Shown here: piece by piece, positions 1 through 12,089 of the stretch
How positions within the stretch are numbered: the stretch's first letter is position 1
How the letters are laid out: every line of letters starts with the position of its first letter
Assembly: GCA_964016885.1 (NCBI GenBank)
Contig: OZ024752.1
Span: 18,104,001 to 18,168,000, forward strand
Reading direction: 5' to 3'
DNA length: 64,000 nucleotides
Source: Eledone cirrhosa
Taxonomy: Eukaryota
Notes under the pieces: model-generated
Databases searched by the model: none
Told to the model about the DNA's origin: nothing
Seen by the model: only the letters and a program-made list of their open reading frames with translations
Program-made: the position numbers and the translations under genes

Positions 1-689
1 ACAGAGAAGGTTTGCATGGGTTTATAGCTACATTACTGAATTTTTTGTGCAGAAATATTGGTTTGCATTTGAAGTGTATAAATATATTTCTATTTCTTAC
101 ACTTTCATACTTAATGCTTTGAAATGTAAACAAAATAATATTGATATACTTGAAATGCAAATGAAATATGGTATGGTATGGTATGGTGCCGGTACTCCGG
201 AGGGAGTTGTAGGGACACTGTATTGACATACAGCATTTTTAGGCATTTTGAAGACCTGCTGAGCCCATCCTTGAACACAGCCGATTTCTTCCAGAGAGGA
301 AGTAAAAAAGAAATATTGGAGAAAGAATCAACCTCAGTACTTGACTGGTATTTTTTTACACCCCGGCACACTGGTGTGCTGCCAAATAGCAAGACTATTT
401 CAGAATGTGAATAACAACAGTTAATATTCATAATAAAGTTCATAACTGTCAGAGTAGGAAACTAAGAATGAAAATATTGCCAAAACAAAACACCAAATAT
501 GCTTCTCATGGATAACCTCACTCCATTACTTTTTTTTTTTACTAAAGAAGGAAGAACAAAATGTTTCTGTATTTTAAATTATCTATATTTCTACTTTATG
601 CTATGCTAATATGTATAAATACCTATTGAATAAATATTAAAATTTACGTATAAAGAGCAAAATATTTTTACTTGTTCTCAAGTAAAGAA

Positions 690-820
690 TAGAGCAGGCA
701 TTTCCACAGAGTATGGTGAGGGAGACGCATTGGAAGAGCCGTTCCAGCTCGCAAGGCTCACACCTGCGAGTAGCTAACTCCATGTTGATGGTGGTTCTAG
801 AGCCAAGGGCACCAGAAGTC
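690..820 (-). mobile_element. Short 3' fragment of a CRE-clade non-LTR element, related to the copy at 6.4-9.5 kb
   Basis: Its + frame reads MVRETHWKSRSSSQGSHLRVANS, which matches the antisense frame of the 9.3-kb region (MARETCWKSHSNSRGSHLRLASS). Confidence 0.7.
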
Positions 821-821
821 T

Positions 822-1156
822 TATCATCATCATTTCATTTTACGTCCGCTTTTTCCCTGCTTGCAAGGGTGGGACGGGAACTGATGCTGGCTTGATTTCT
901 ACAGCTGGATGCCCTTCTTAACACCAACCTCATTTACAGTGAGTGCTGGGTGCTTTTTTGCCGTGGCACCTCCACGACCACTTTGCAGTGGAATGATATG
1001 GACCCCAGTCCCTATCATCTCATTTCTACAGCTGAGTAAACTGGAGCAATGTGAAATAAAGTGTCTTGCTCAAGGAAACAACACATCACCCGGTCTGAGA
1101 ATTGAACTCACAACCTTTCGATTGCAAGGCCAATGGTCTAACCACTAAGCTATGTG
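822..1156 (-). mobile_element. tRNA-derived SINE with RTE-like 3' end and (GAT)n tail
   Basis: The minus strand starts with a tRNA-like head (tagcttagtggttagacc...gagttcaattctc) and ends ...ggacgtaaaa(tga)n. A 5'-truncated near-copy lies at 28402-28620. Confidence 0.75.
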
Positions 1157-2807
1157 CTTATAATAGTGAGAGATGGGGAGAGCAAGAAAGATGGGGCAGT
1201 GACTATACCAGCATTGCTGAAGTATTTTGTAGAGTAAAGAATTTGGGAACTACTGTTTTAGTTCATTTTAAATGTACCTTGCCTTATTTTAGTACTGGTG
1301 TATATAGTGTGTACCCAGTCATATCCCTATTTCTGTATTATCTCTTGTTCAGTATGTCCTTAGCCAGAGATTTGTGTTTCAGGTTAGTGAATACAAATCA
1401 TTCTTCTTAGCTGTATATGAAGATCTGCAACTTCTTAAATGTCTTGTTAAGGCCCCAAGATTCTGCCCCATAAATGACTGCATTCACATTTGAATAATAC
1501 ATTTATTTTTTATAAATATGGTCATAAGTCTTGTTAAATAGATGTTCTTGAACTGCAGAAAGGATGATATGGCTTGACCAATTCCTATCCTTATGTCTAC
1601 CATGGTGCTACCTTTTTTCTTTTTCTCTCTCACGTGCTTCCAAAGTATGAAAAGGTTTCTACCATATGCACTGCTATGCTGGCCAGTTTTACTGGTTTTG
1701 CGCTTCCAATGTTTATCTTCAAGAATTTTCTCTTTTTAAATTTCTAGTCCAACTTCCTTCATAGTTGTCACCATCTTCTGCATCTATTGCTGACAGACTA
1801 TGCTATGTTACTGGTAAATTCAGTTGTGTAAGAAATACCATTTTTTTTTCTGCTCACATTCCTGCTAGATCAAGTGGATACTTAATTGGAGCTACTCATC
1901 TCTTAGATGGGCCAAGACCCTGCATACATACACTCCTGCACTCTACTGCGTGCATTATATTGTGGCACCAGCACTGGGGAGATTATGTTTTCAACACAGC
2001 TGAAGATGAAGAGCCCTCCTGACCCTTTGACAAGTGTTTTAGAGCTGGATGCCCTTCTCTCCTATCACCAACCACTTTACAGAGTGTAGTGAGTGTGCAT
2101 TATGTAGATCACTAATACTAGAGCAGTTGACACAACTAAATCCTTTCAACCCCTTTTAATTACATGATTTCTGCAGCTGGATGTCCTTCATCTTATCGGA
2201 AAGTTGTTTCATAACAAATAAAGGAAATAATAGAGTTTTATTGTAAATGTCATTTTCCTATTATATACTTTATATAAACTTAATTTATTTAATAATAAAA
2301 TATTGAAGAAAAGCTTCATTTTAATCTAATCTGAAATTTAAAAAAAATAGTAAAAATACAGTTTAATATTGTATTTATGTTATGTAGCTATAATGTTAGA
2401 GATATAACTAGGGTATGACTCCCATGGGAGCACCACTTGGACTAGGAGCAGGTTCTATTAAAGTCAAGCCTTCTCGGAGAGTGAAAAAAGAAACTCCTTT
2501 AGATATATGATGTGTCTCTGATTATCATGGGTGAGAACACTATGGCAGCTAGATCATTAAACCATATAAATTATTAGGCCCAGAGGTAAAACTGCAGGGG
2601 TGCAATTTCACTGTTTTCCATAGGTGCTATTTTCCCTAGTTATGCCTCTATATGTTATGCTTTTGGTTTTTCATATTAAATATAAAATCTACCAGAATTC
2701 TGGAAATGTATTAGATTTTAATATTTCAAAGCTTGACAAATACTCTATATCGACATCATTAAGCATTATAGGTTGATTTTCTGAAATGTATTCAATACAA
2801 CAGTGTT

Positions 2808-3193
2808 TTAATCCTTTCATGACTGCATTTCTAATGAAATAAACTTAATTAATGAAGACTTTTGAGAGATTTACTTAAATTATGGAAGGTTTTAATTTAA
2901 AATGGGTGGTTTTATTTGATAGAACCAGAGCTGGTTTCGGCCAGGTTGGTAACTAAAGGTTTAACCCTTTCATGATTGCATTTCTAATGAAATATGCACT
3001 ATTTTAATTAATGAATTTTGAGAGATGTACTAAAATTATTAATTATTCCATTACTAAGATAGCAACTTAATATATGGTTCTTATATAAAATTATGTTGGA
3101 AGATTTTGATTTAATTTGGAAACCTTTTAAATGGGGGGTTTTATTTCATAGAACCAGAACTGGTTTTGACCAGGTTGGTAACCAAAGGGTTAA
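2808..3193. mobile_element. Two tandem TTAA-flanked MITEs (second family)
   Basis: Termini ttaa-ccctttcatga...ggtaaccaaaggg-ttaa; the two related units share a central TTAA near 2961. Confidence 0.6.
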
Positions 3194-3467
3194 GGCAATT
3201 TCCCTGCTAAAGCAGGCATTAGCCTTGAGCACCTCATAACAAGTCTCTCCATGTTGCCCTGTCATCTGCATCTTTCTTCACCAATCCTCTGGTACAGTAA
3301 CGTAGCTAGAGTGTGTGCAGCCCTTCAGTTTGCTGCCCTTGGGCCCCAACAAAAAATACATATTGCTTAGTGACTCACTCATAAAGTTATATATTAACTA
3401 GTCTGTGTACGATTATAATATTATGCTACAGCAGACCCCAAAGTCCTGTTTTTAAATAAAGGTTTCT

Positions 3468-3648
3468 TTAACCCTTTAGCATATACATTACTCTATATTC
3501 ACTTATATTTTCCCGTTAAAGGCTCTACCTCACATAATATCAAATCTATGAGATTTTGATATTATTTATTTTGAGAACAATACCTTAACATCAGTATGAG
3601 CAGAAAGAGGTGAAAGAATTCTGGCTGGTTTAAATGCTAAAGGGTTAA
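3468..3648. mobile_element. TTAA-flanked MITE (piggyBac-like termini), main family
   Basis: TIR TTAA-CCCTTTAGCAT ... ATGCTAAAGGG-TTAA; the body recurs at eight or more other sites in the window. Confidence 0.8.
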
Positions 3649-3871
3649 ATCCTGTGTAATGGTATATATGATATTGAAATAATCTTTCATCAAATCAGGT
3701 AATTTTTTTTTTTAAATTCTAGAATCTAAAGGAATACATTATTAAGTCAATGGTGTCAATCAAATCATGAAGTAGGACAGAATAGTAATGTATTGAATTA
3801 TGGAGGATAATAGAACTAACATTAATAAGCTATAATTCACCATATACTTTTATCTCTCTCGCTCTCAAGAT

Positions 3872-4190
3872 ATCATCATCATCGTTGTTTAGGGTCCATT
3901 TTCCATGTTAGCATGGGTAGGATGTGCTGTCCCATTGTGAGAGGTCCAGGTGTTGGGGACCATGTTTTGCTCAGACAGAACTGATTTTTACTTGGTTTCT
4001 ACAGCTGGATGCCAACCACATTTACAATGTGTACTGGGTGTTTTTTGTCATGACTACTTTACAATGTGGGCTGGGCATTTTTTGTTGTGTTGCCAACATG
4101 ACCACTTTACAGTGTGGGCTTGGTGCTTTTGTCATGACATACAACCACTTTACAGTGTGGACTGGGTGCTTTTTCTCATGGCTCCAGGAT
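3872..4190 (-). mobile_element. Degenerate SINE/RTE-tail copy with internal short tandem duplications
   Basis: Has a (atc)n tail, ccatgttagcatggg, tttctacagctggatgcc and repeated accactttacagtgtgg units. Confidence 0.55.
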
Positions 4191-4707
4191 GACCACATGG
4201 GTGGTGTGGGAGATTACAGCAAGGGAGTAGTGATATATGTATAGAGAGAGAGTCTGCAGTGCTGAGGCAGGGGCGACACAAATCATGGGAGTTCTCATAT
4301 TCCATGCCCTCCTTTACATAAAGTGGTTCCTAAAATATTCTTCCCAGGGCTGGTTAAGACCTTTATAGGTTCTAAGCACAGAAAAGATAATGTTAATCCC
4401 ATATACACTTCTGATAAATGCTCTACACTTTACTTGAGGCCCTAAGCACATGTTGATTTGCTTAGTGGTTAATGCAGGGCTGAATTTTAGTACTGAGAAG
4501 AATTAAGTTGGACTACTACTCTCACCTAGCAATGAAGGCTTTGCCTACTAACTGCAAACATTCTAAGTATTCACCATAATCTTGCCAGCATACATGTGAA
4601 AGATTCTTGAAAATTTTGGCATGCAAGGAAGAAAAGAACTAGAGGAATAGATGGTATTGTAAGATTTTCACACTTGTTTCAGGAAACTATAATGAAAGAG
4701 TTTGCCA

Positions 4708-4908
4708 TTAACCCTTTAGTATTTAAACTGGCGGTATCCGGCCAAAATTCTCTCACTTTGTTCTGTTCAAACCGGCTACTCATACTGATGTTAAGGTATT
4801 GTTCTCAAAATAAATAATATCAAAATCTCATAGATTCAATATGTGAGGTAAAGCCTTTACCATGAAAACAATAGTAAATATATATTAATGTAAATGCTAA
4901 AGGGTTAA
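4708..4908. mobile_element. TTAA MITE, main family, opposite orientation to the 3468 copy
   Basis: Same TIRs with TTAA at both ends; the body is the reverse complement of 3468-3648. Confidence 0.8.
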
Positions 4909-4909
4909 T

Positions 4910-5296
4910 GCACCTAGCCTTGTGGTTACAGTGTTAGAATTATGAGTGTAATGTCATGGGTTTCGTTCTTGGACTAAGTGGGAAAATATTTTATTTCACA
5001 TTACTCCAGTGAACTCAGGTGAGTACCAGTAATAGCTGGCAGTTAATCTTGTGATGGACTGATGTCCTGACTTGTACCAAGGTAGATGACCAGTTGGGGA
5101 ACCTAGGTGCTGTGAGCATCTCTAATGTTTGTGTGTTTTAAAGATTGCATTTTCATAAGTGGTTGCAGTTAGGAAGCACATCCAGCCATACAAACCAAGC
5201 AGGAATCAATTCTGTATGAACAAGACATGGTCATCTGACCTGGCTTGTCTTACAATACTAGCATTTAAAAAATGGATGATAAGCAGTGATGATGAT
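4910..5296 (+). mobile_element. Decayed tRNA-head SINE containing a 5S rRNA 3'-half-like segment, with RTE-type tail
   Basis: tRNA-like head (tagccttgtggttacagtg...); 5074-5117 aligns to the 5S 3' half; aggaagcacatccagcc motif and (gat)n end. Confidence 0.55.
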
Positions 5297-5806
5297 TGTT
5301 TTTTCTTTTCTTCTCTTCTCTTTAAATCCACAACAAAACAACTCCTGTATACTTCATAGATGCACTCTTAGTTATATATTGTGTTTGGACGTTTCACGAC
5401 ATTAACGTACCTGAAAGATTTACATTCATTGTAGAAAGATTTCCCCTTACAAACAGATGACAATGTTTGTTTGTGGAACTACAAGTTATTTGTATTAAAT
5501 ACTGCATCGGTTACTAATTTTTGTAGCAGAAACAAGCGACTGAGTTGAGCAAGTGGAAAGCTGACTATTGAAAGTCTTCTAGATGAGAGTTTGTTGAACA
5601 AAAGTCGAGGACGTAGTTAAATATATAAATAGTTAACACTAAGATGTTGGAATAACTCAGGAATTACAAACGTATTGAGGTGAGAGAGCCAATTTAAAGA
5701 AGGCATAACTGGCTTTTAGTTAAAAAGATAAATATGAATGAATCAGAATTACTGCTAAAGAAAGATTTTATAAAATGTATGAAATAAATGATAAAAAAAA
5801 TTTTAA

Positions 5807-5926
5807 AAGCTTACAGCACCTAGGTTTCCCAAGAGGTTACCCATCTAAGTACTAACTAGGCTCGACGTTGCTAAATTTAGATGATCAGACGAGAACCAGT
5901 ATTTTCAGCGTGATATGGTCGTAAAC
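5807..5926 (-). rRNA. 5S rRNA gene copy, probably a pseudogene
   Basis: Reverse complement reads GTTTACGACCATATCACGCTGAAAATACTGGTTCTCGTCTGATC...GTTAGTACTTAGATGGGTAACC...GGGAAACCTAGGTGCTGTAAGC followed by TTTT. Several changes are of the CpG-decay type. Confidence 0.9.
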
Positions 5927-6402
5927 AAAATGCTAATAATATTTAAACAGTTTTATTCTAGAAACTTATTCACAATAAATAGTATTTCTTTTACAATAAA
6001 GTTTTTCTCTTTATTTATCTGTGATGTTCAGTTTTACTTTTTTTCCCTAACATCTTAACATCTACCTCATTGCTGTCATCAATTAGAATTGATTTTCTTA
6101 TATTTTTTATTTTCCTCCTTAATGGCACATCTTACCATTACCACCATTACATCATACACCACTTACTAACATTGATGTTGTGATATTCATTCATTGGCGA
6201 AATTTAAATTAGCTTGTTGGTAACTTCGTCATATTTGTTGTTGCTGTTGTTTTACCATGACCCCCCCCCCCACACACACACACTTTTTTTGTACATTCAT
6301 CCATTCACTCATTCATTTACTAACATTCTACCTTCCTGTGTGTCCCTCTCCATGCAGCTCCTTCTTTTCTCTCTTGTTTTCTGACACCTCTATATATATA
6401 TA

Positions 6403-9400
6403 GGTGAGCTATGAGGCCGTCTTACAGCACTTTCCCTTCCACCCACACACGCCAGCCACCCACCCCTGATGCCGCTCGGTGCCCCAGTCCCCGACCGCAC
6501 GCCCCATCCCCCATCCCTCCAAGCCGACACCTGCAGCACTTGCAGCACCACTAACAAATGGAAAAGGGGCCGGAACTGTTTGGGGTGCGGCTGCTTCCAC
6601 TCGTTGAGCTTCCAATGCCCTCGTAACATGGAGGTGCAGGAGCTGCCTCTTCCCACATCTTCCCAGCCACGGTTGTCTGGGACAGCGAGCTTGCCTGGCG
6701 CCCAAGCCTTGCTGGTCAACATCGCTCCGCTCAGGCGGCTCCGGAAGATCCTACTCAGGATCCGGAGAGCGGCACAGGTGCCGGTAGCCGATGCCCTCGA
6801 TTGAGAGCGCCCTGGACTCCAATCAAGCCAGTGACTGGGAGCGGCTGTTGTATTTCACCCCACTCGCCCTCGGCCTCCCCAGCTCTGGTGCTGACCAGGG
6901 CGGCCAGTCAATAGCAGCCTTCGTGAAAGCCAATGTCTCGTCCTTTGGGCGAGCACCCATTCCAAGCGTGCCCAGAGACGCCACACACCCCACCCTCAGG
7001 TACCTCCGAGGCCAGCGCCAAGCGTTTGCGTGACCAGGTAAACGCCAAGCTTATTATGGGTGATGTCTCAGCCGCAGTCAGAGTTGTTGCCTCAGAGGAC
7101 ACTGTCCCACCGAGGAGGTCCTGGCTGCTCTGCGACTCAAAACCCTGATCCACCCACTGATCTCAGACCCATACCCTCACCCGACCCCCACTTGCTCCTT
7201 GTGGCTTCTGATGCAGACATCATGGACGCCATCAGGTCCTTCCCAGCTAGCAGCTGTGGAGGTGTTGATGGTCTCCGACCAGGCCACCTCAAAGAGTTGA
7301 TATCCCCCCTCTCCGCTGAGGCCGGGTGCCGCTTTCTGAGTGCAATTGTGGTGCTCACCAATAGGCTCATCCATGGACCCTTACACCCGAGGCCTCTTTT
7401 TTTCAGCCAGCCTCACCGCTCTCGGGAAGAAAAAGGGTGGCATACGCCTCATTGCTGTGGGCAATGTCTTCCGGAGGCTGGCTACCAAGTTGATCTGCAA
7501 GTCTGTAACAAACAAACTGGGTTAGTAGTTTAGTACGGTGCAACTGGGTGTCGGCGTGTCCGGTGACTGAGGGGGCCGCTCATGCAACCAGGCAGTTCTT
7601 CAGCAGCTGCCCATCGGAACCGGCATCCAGGGACTCCAGGCACCTCATTGTCAAGCTTGACATGAGGAATGCCTTCAACTCTTTACGCCGGGATCATCTG
7701 CTCGATGCCTGCCTCAGCCTAGCCCCCTCTGCCTATCCGCTGGCCTACCTGTCGTATGGAGCGCAGAGCATGCTCCTTGCTGCTGATACAGTCATACCCT
7801 CGGCTACTGGGGTCCAACAGGGCAACCCTTTGGGACCCCTCTTGTTCGCCCTTGGTATTGACCACATCGCCTGGAGTATCACGGTCCCTCTCAACGTTTG
7901 GTATCTAGATGATGTTACGTTGGGCGGCCCTGTACGGACGGTGTGCCATGACCTTCAATCGGTGGTTCCTGCCCTGGCAGGTATCGGCCTCCAGGTCAAC
8001 TCGACCAAGTCGGAGGTGGTGAATGTCAGCCTTGATGCTGCGAGCTTTGCAGCCTCCGTCTTGGACGTGCGGTCCATGCTCTGCCAGGTTCAGGTGACCC
8101 CCAAAGAGGATGTCCTCATCCTCGGGTCACCGATCCACCCGCCGGCCATCCGCTCCACCATAAGGTCCAGGCTTCAACAGCGCCAGACTCTCATGAGCCG
8201 ACTGGGTTGATTGACGGCCACCCAGCTCTCTTTCTGCTGAGGAACTGCTTCGCCATGTCGAAGCTCCTCCATACACTCGGCAGGGCTCCGTGCTACAGCC
8301 ACGCATCTCTCCTCGCTGACCTCGATACTTCTACCTGAGCAGCAGCCGAGGAGATTTGCAACATCAAGTTTGATGACATAGGGTGGCAACAGGCCACTTT
8401 ACCGGTCAGGTATGCCAGCCTTGGCCTCCGGTCCCCGATCTCACTAGCTTTGCCGGCGTATCTTTTGTCGGTAACCTCGTGCTGTGTCCTCGGCAGCAGG
8501 GTTCTTCAAAACACAACAGAACCCTCTGTGTTCAGCGAACGTGAGGCCGCCTGTGAGACGTGGGACTTAGCCCAGTAGGCTTCCCTCCTCCTTCTCCCCT
8601 GTTGACGTCAAGTCCCCCCAACGCACTTGGAATGCCATCCAGTGCAGCCTGGCCTCAGACAGGCTCATGCGCCAGCTCGACCAGCACCCCCTTGCTTGTT
8701 TTCGTGGAGCCTCCAAACCCCACAGTGGTGCCTGGTTCCATGCCCTGCTCTCCTCCACTGGCACGCAGCTAGACAATCATAGCCTGCACATCAGCATTTC
8801 CCTGAGGCTCGGCCTCCAGATCTGCCAGCCACACCAATGTCGCTGCGGTTCCACTGTGGACTCTTTCGGCCTCCACCCGCTTTACTGTCGCCACACAGTG
8901 CCGGCTGCATTCCATGACATGCTGCCCTCAACGAGGTCATTAAGCATGGCTTGGACGCTGTAGTCTTCCCTTCCCAGTTCGAGCTGGTGGGGCTGGATCG
9001 ATGGGACGGCAAAAGGCCAGATGGCATGACCATCTTCCCGTTCCGTGGTGGCAAACCCTTGTCTTGGATGTCACTTGCACCGACACTTTCTGCAGCCGCA
9101 ACCTGGTGCAGTCTGCAAGTAACCCAGGTTCTGCTGCACGTCGGGCTGAGGGGGCCAAACTCCTCAAATACTGGTCGCTCTCTGACAGGTTTGCGGTCGT
9201 ACCCCTGGCAGTGGAGACTTCTGGTATCCTTGACCCCAGGCCTACCTCCTTACTCACCACCATAGGCGCTGAGCTGGCCAGCCGCAGGTGTGAGCCCCGC
9301 GAGTTGGAGTGGCTTTTCCAGCACGTCTCCCTTGCCATCCTCCGGGGAAACGCCTTCTCCATTCTGTCCGCCGGGGCTGTGGGTGGGCCCCATCGCATAC

Positions 9401-9466
9401 CGTTGTAGCTGTTGTAGAAGAAACAGGAAGACAACAACTAGAATGCTATATATTATTGCTATATAT
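6403..9466 (+). mobile_element. CRE-clade non-LTR retrotransposon (RT plus restriction-like endonuclease), frameshifted and decayed
   Basis: GC-rich island. RT motifs GVDGLRPGHLK, IRLIAVGNVFRRL, EGAAHATR, KLDMRNAFNS, GVQQGNPLGPLLF, WYLDDVTL. C-terminal CRCG..D..GLH..C knuckle and GKRPDGMT...LDVTCTDT endonuclease motif. Many frameshifts and stops; the ends are approximate. Confidence 0.85.
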
Positions 9467-9991
9467 AACACATAAACCATTTTTCATTAGCCACTACCTA
9501 ACTATGGACGAGAAAATGTTGGTGTGATCTATTTATCGATTTATTGGTCCAAGTAGATGGCACTTCTGTAGGTTAAATAGGTGAACAGTGTAGTTATGTT
9601 GACTAATTGGTGGAGGTAATGAGGGAAAATGAAATATTTGAGAGATTAAAAAAGATGTAGTAAGCTTGTGACTAACTGATTACTAGTGATTTCTGATGGG
9701 AGTTAGTTTGTTAAAATAATTGTTTCTACTTTTGGCACAAGGCCAGCAATTATCCTAGTGCATTACTGGTACTTTATTTTATCGACCCCGTAAGAATGAA
9801 AGGCAAAGTTAACCTTAGTTTGTTAAAATAATTAAAATCAGCCAGCTGAATGTAAAGGAGAAGAAAAAAAAAATAAAGGTTTTTTAATGTGAGAAAATTA
9901 AAATTAACCGACACGTAGTAAGTAAAAAGTGACGGCAGGAAAAAAGTAAGAAGAGTTTTTATAGTTAGTTTTATACTGGAAAATCTATTTT

Positions 9992-10045
9992 GCTTAATCA
10001 TATCAAGTTCAAATCACCTGTTCTCGTCCGATCACCAAAGTTATG
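9992..10045 (+). pseudogene. Truncated 5S rRNA 5' half, inverted relative to the adjacent full copy
   Basis: gcttaatcatatcaagttcaaatcacctgttctcgtccgatcaccaaagtta aligns to about 5S nt 1-55. Confidence 0.7.
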
Positions 10046-10134
10046 TAATGTGTGTTTTACAGCAGAATTATTGCTACTTAAAAAAACAGACTTTATAAAA
10101 TGTCTGAATTAAATATTTTTTTTAATTTAAAAAA

Positions 10135-10253
10135 TGTTTGCAGTACTTAGGTTTCCCGAGCAGTCACCCATCTAAGTACTAACTAGGTTGGACGTTGCTT
10201 AATTTCGGTGATCGGACGAGAACCAGTGTTTTCCGCGTGATATGGCCGTAAAC
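10135..10253 (-). rRNA. 5S rRNA gene copy
   Basis: Reverse complement reads GTTTACGGCCATATCACGCGGAAAACACTGGTTCTCGTCCGATCACCGAAATTAAGCAACG...GTTAGTACTTAGATGGGTGAC...GCAAAC, followed by an oligo-T Pol III terminator. Flanks are homologous to those of the 5807 copy. Confidence 0.9.
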
Positions 10254-10411
10254 GAAATACAAATCATTCTTTAACAGTTTTATTCTAGAAACTAATTCAC
10301 AATAAATAGTATTTCCTTTATAATAATGTTTTTTTTTCTTTATTTATCTGTGATGTTCAATTTTACCTTTTTATTTCCCTTCTTAATTACACATCTTATC
10401 ATTACTACCGC

Positions 10412-10550
10412 TTGGAGCAGGAACTATTGGCGGAGGCTAGATGCTACCGGATAGATATAGTCGGGGTTTACTCAACAAAGTTCCGTGGCTCTGATACTGT
10501 AGATTTCGATGGAGATTGGAAACTCGACTATTCAAGTGTGACTCCAGAAA
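10412..10550 (+). mobile_element. Fragment of an RTE LINE endonuclease N-terminus
   Basis: EQELLAEARCYRIDIVGVYSTKFRGSDTVDFDGDWKLDYS resembles the start of an APE domain. Confidence 0.55.
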
Positions 10551-10644
10551 TGACACCTTTATGTGTTTGTGTATTTCGCGGAGGTATTAAACTACTTGAA
10601 AGATTTACATGGGTAAAGGTTGACACGAATACCGAATTTCTAAT

Positions 10645-10815
10645 TATTTGTTTCTACTTTTGGTACAAGGCCAGCAATTATCTCAGTGCATTACTGGTAC
10701 TTTATTTTATTGACCCCGTAAGGATGAAAGGCAAAGTTAACCTCGGCGGGATTTGAACTCAGAATGGCAAGGGCCGTAACTCTATGCGTCAAAGCATGGT
10801 GTCCGAACCTCTACA
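10645..10815 (-). mobile_element. tRNA-derived SINE (Nin-domain-like family)
   Basis: Contains ggtactttattttattgaccccgtaaggatgaaaggcaaagttaacctcggcgggatttgaactcag. Other copies lie at 9718-9815, 11700-11915, 39212-39402, 52770-53040 and 53285-53432. Confidence 0.75.
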
Positions 10816-11060
10816 TTAATCAGATGTTTGTGTGGTTAGAACCATACCCACAGTTTGGAACATGGTGTAACAAATGTTCTGACATAAAATTATGATAGAA
10901 GGATTTTAGATAAATATAAAGTCTAACCCATGCTAGCGTGGAAAATGGACGTTAAACGAAGATGACGATGATGATGATGATAAACACTTTAAAACAAACA
11001 GTTTTGTATTATAGAAACATGGATGGTTTCAAGCTCTTTGGTACCTATATCTATAACCTT

Positions 11061-11689
11061 TATAACGGCGGCGAAGATTCGAAACCGAATCTAAGCTTTC
11101 CCGCCTCTGGGACAAGCTGTGGTTAGTTGTTTACACCCGGCAGACCAACCCTTTGGGAGATTCTTACCAAAGGTCAGAGGATATATCTATCCTTCTAACT
11201 TCAACCCTTATAAATACAAGGATTGTTTACGCCCCGGCAGAAAAAGTTATACCACAGACAAGAAGGGACATTTCACCTACGCTATTAAATCTCCCTTCAC
11301 AAAAAACGTCTGTCCACTATTTTCTCACACACCTTACACGCCGGGCTGAGTGATTACTTCTACTGTTAAAACAAGAAAATATACTAAGACGCACACACGC
11401 ATACATAGTAAGTTGACACTGCTTGCATTTTTATACGTACCATTTCTGTCACATTGTATCTTTCAGATACAATACAAATTATCTTATAATCGTGTTCTGT
11501 GAAGAGCCACCAAATTATTGTACGAATATTTCATGTTATAGATTTTATTATTCAATATTCAAATTGAATATTGTTATAATAAAATAAACTTTGTAACAAC
11601 ACAATCCTGGTATTTTTCTTTGCATTGAAACCATCATAGCAACAATTCCATCTATTCACTTATCCGTTACAACCTGAATATCCGTTACA
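11061..11689 (+). mobile_element. Solo LTR (629 bp)
   Basis: Termini TATAACGG...CCGTTACA (inverted, with TG decayed to TA), 4-bp TSD CCTT at 11057-11060 and 11690-11693, internal TATAAATA and AATAAA. Confidence 0.7.
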
Positions 11690-12089
11690 CCTTCTTCAGT
11701 AATGGTTTCTGATTTAGGCACAAGGCCAACAATTTTGGGGAGAGGGGAAAGTCGATTAAATCGACAAAAGTGCATTACTGGTACTTTATTTTATTGACAC
11801 TAAGAATGAAAGGCAAAGCTAACCTCAGCGGGAAACTCAGAACTTAAAGGGAGGTAACTATGCCACAAAGTATGTTGTCCGACGCTCTACCGATACTACC
11901 AATCCACCGTCCTCAATAATGCTAATAAAGAAAACAGAAAAAAATGTTCAAAATTAGACAGGTAACAATTTTCGGTCTTTCTCACCAATTATATAAGAAA
12001 TCAAGCCTTCAACTCTATTGATACCAAACCACCCGAAACAGCCCCTGGTTTTATAATACAAAGCTGTTAATATTTAAATTTCAACCTTC

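Noticed and set aside
111-443. Short ORFs on both strands (110 aa and 78 aa)
   Set aside because: No recognisable domain and no convincing pair of splice sites; could be an exon of a gene outside the window but cannot be supported.
5505-5530. Sm-site-like AATTTTTG near the 5S copy, suggesting a linked snRNA or SL RNA
   Set aside because: The surrounding sequence does not match U1, U2, U4, U5, U11 or U12 as I recall them, and the motif is expected by chance in AT-rich DNA.
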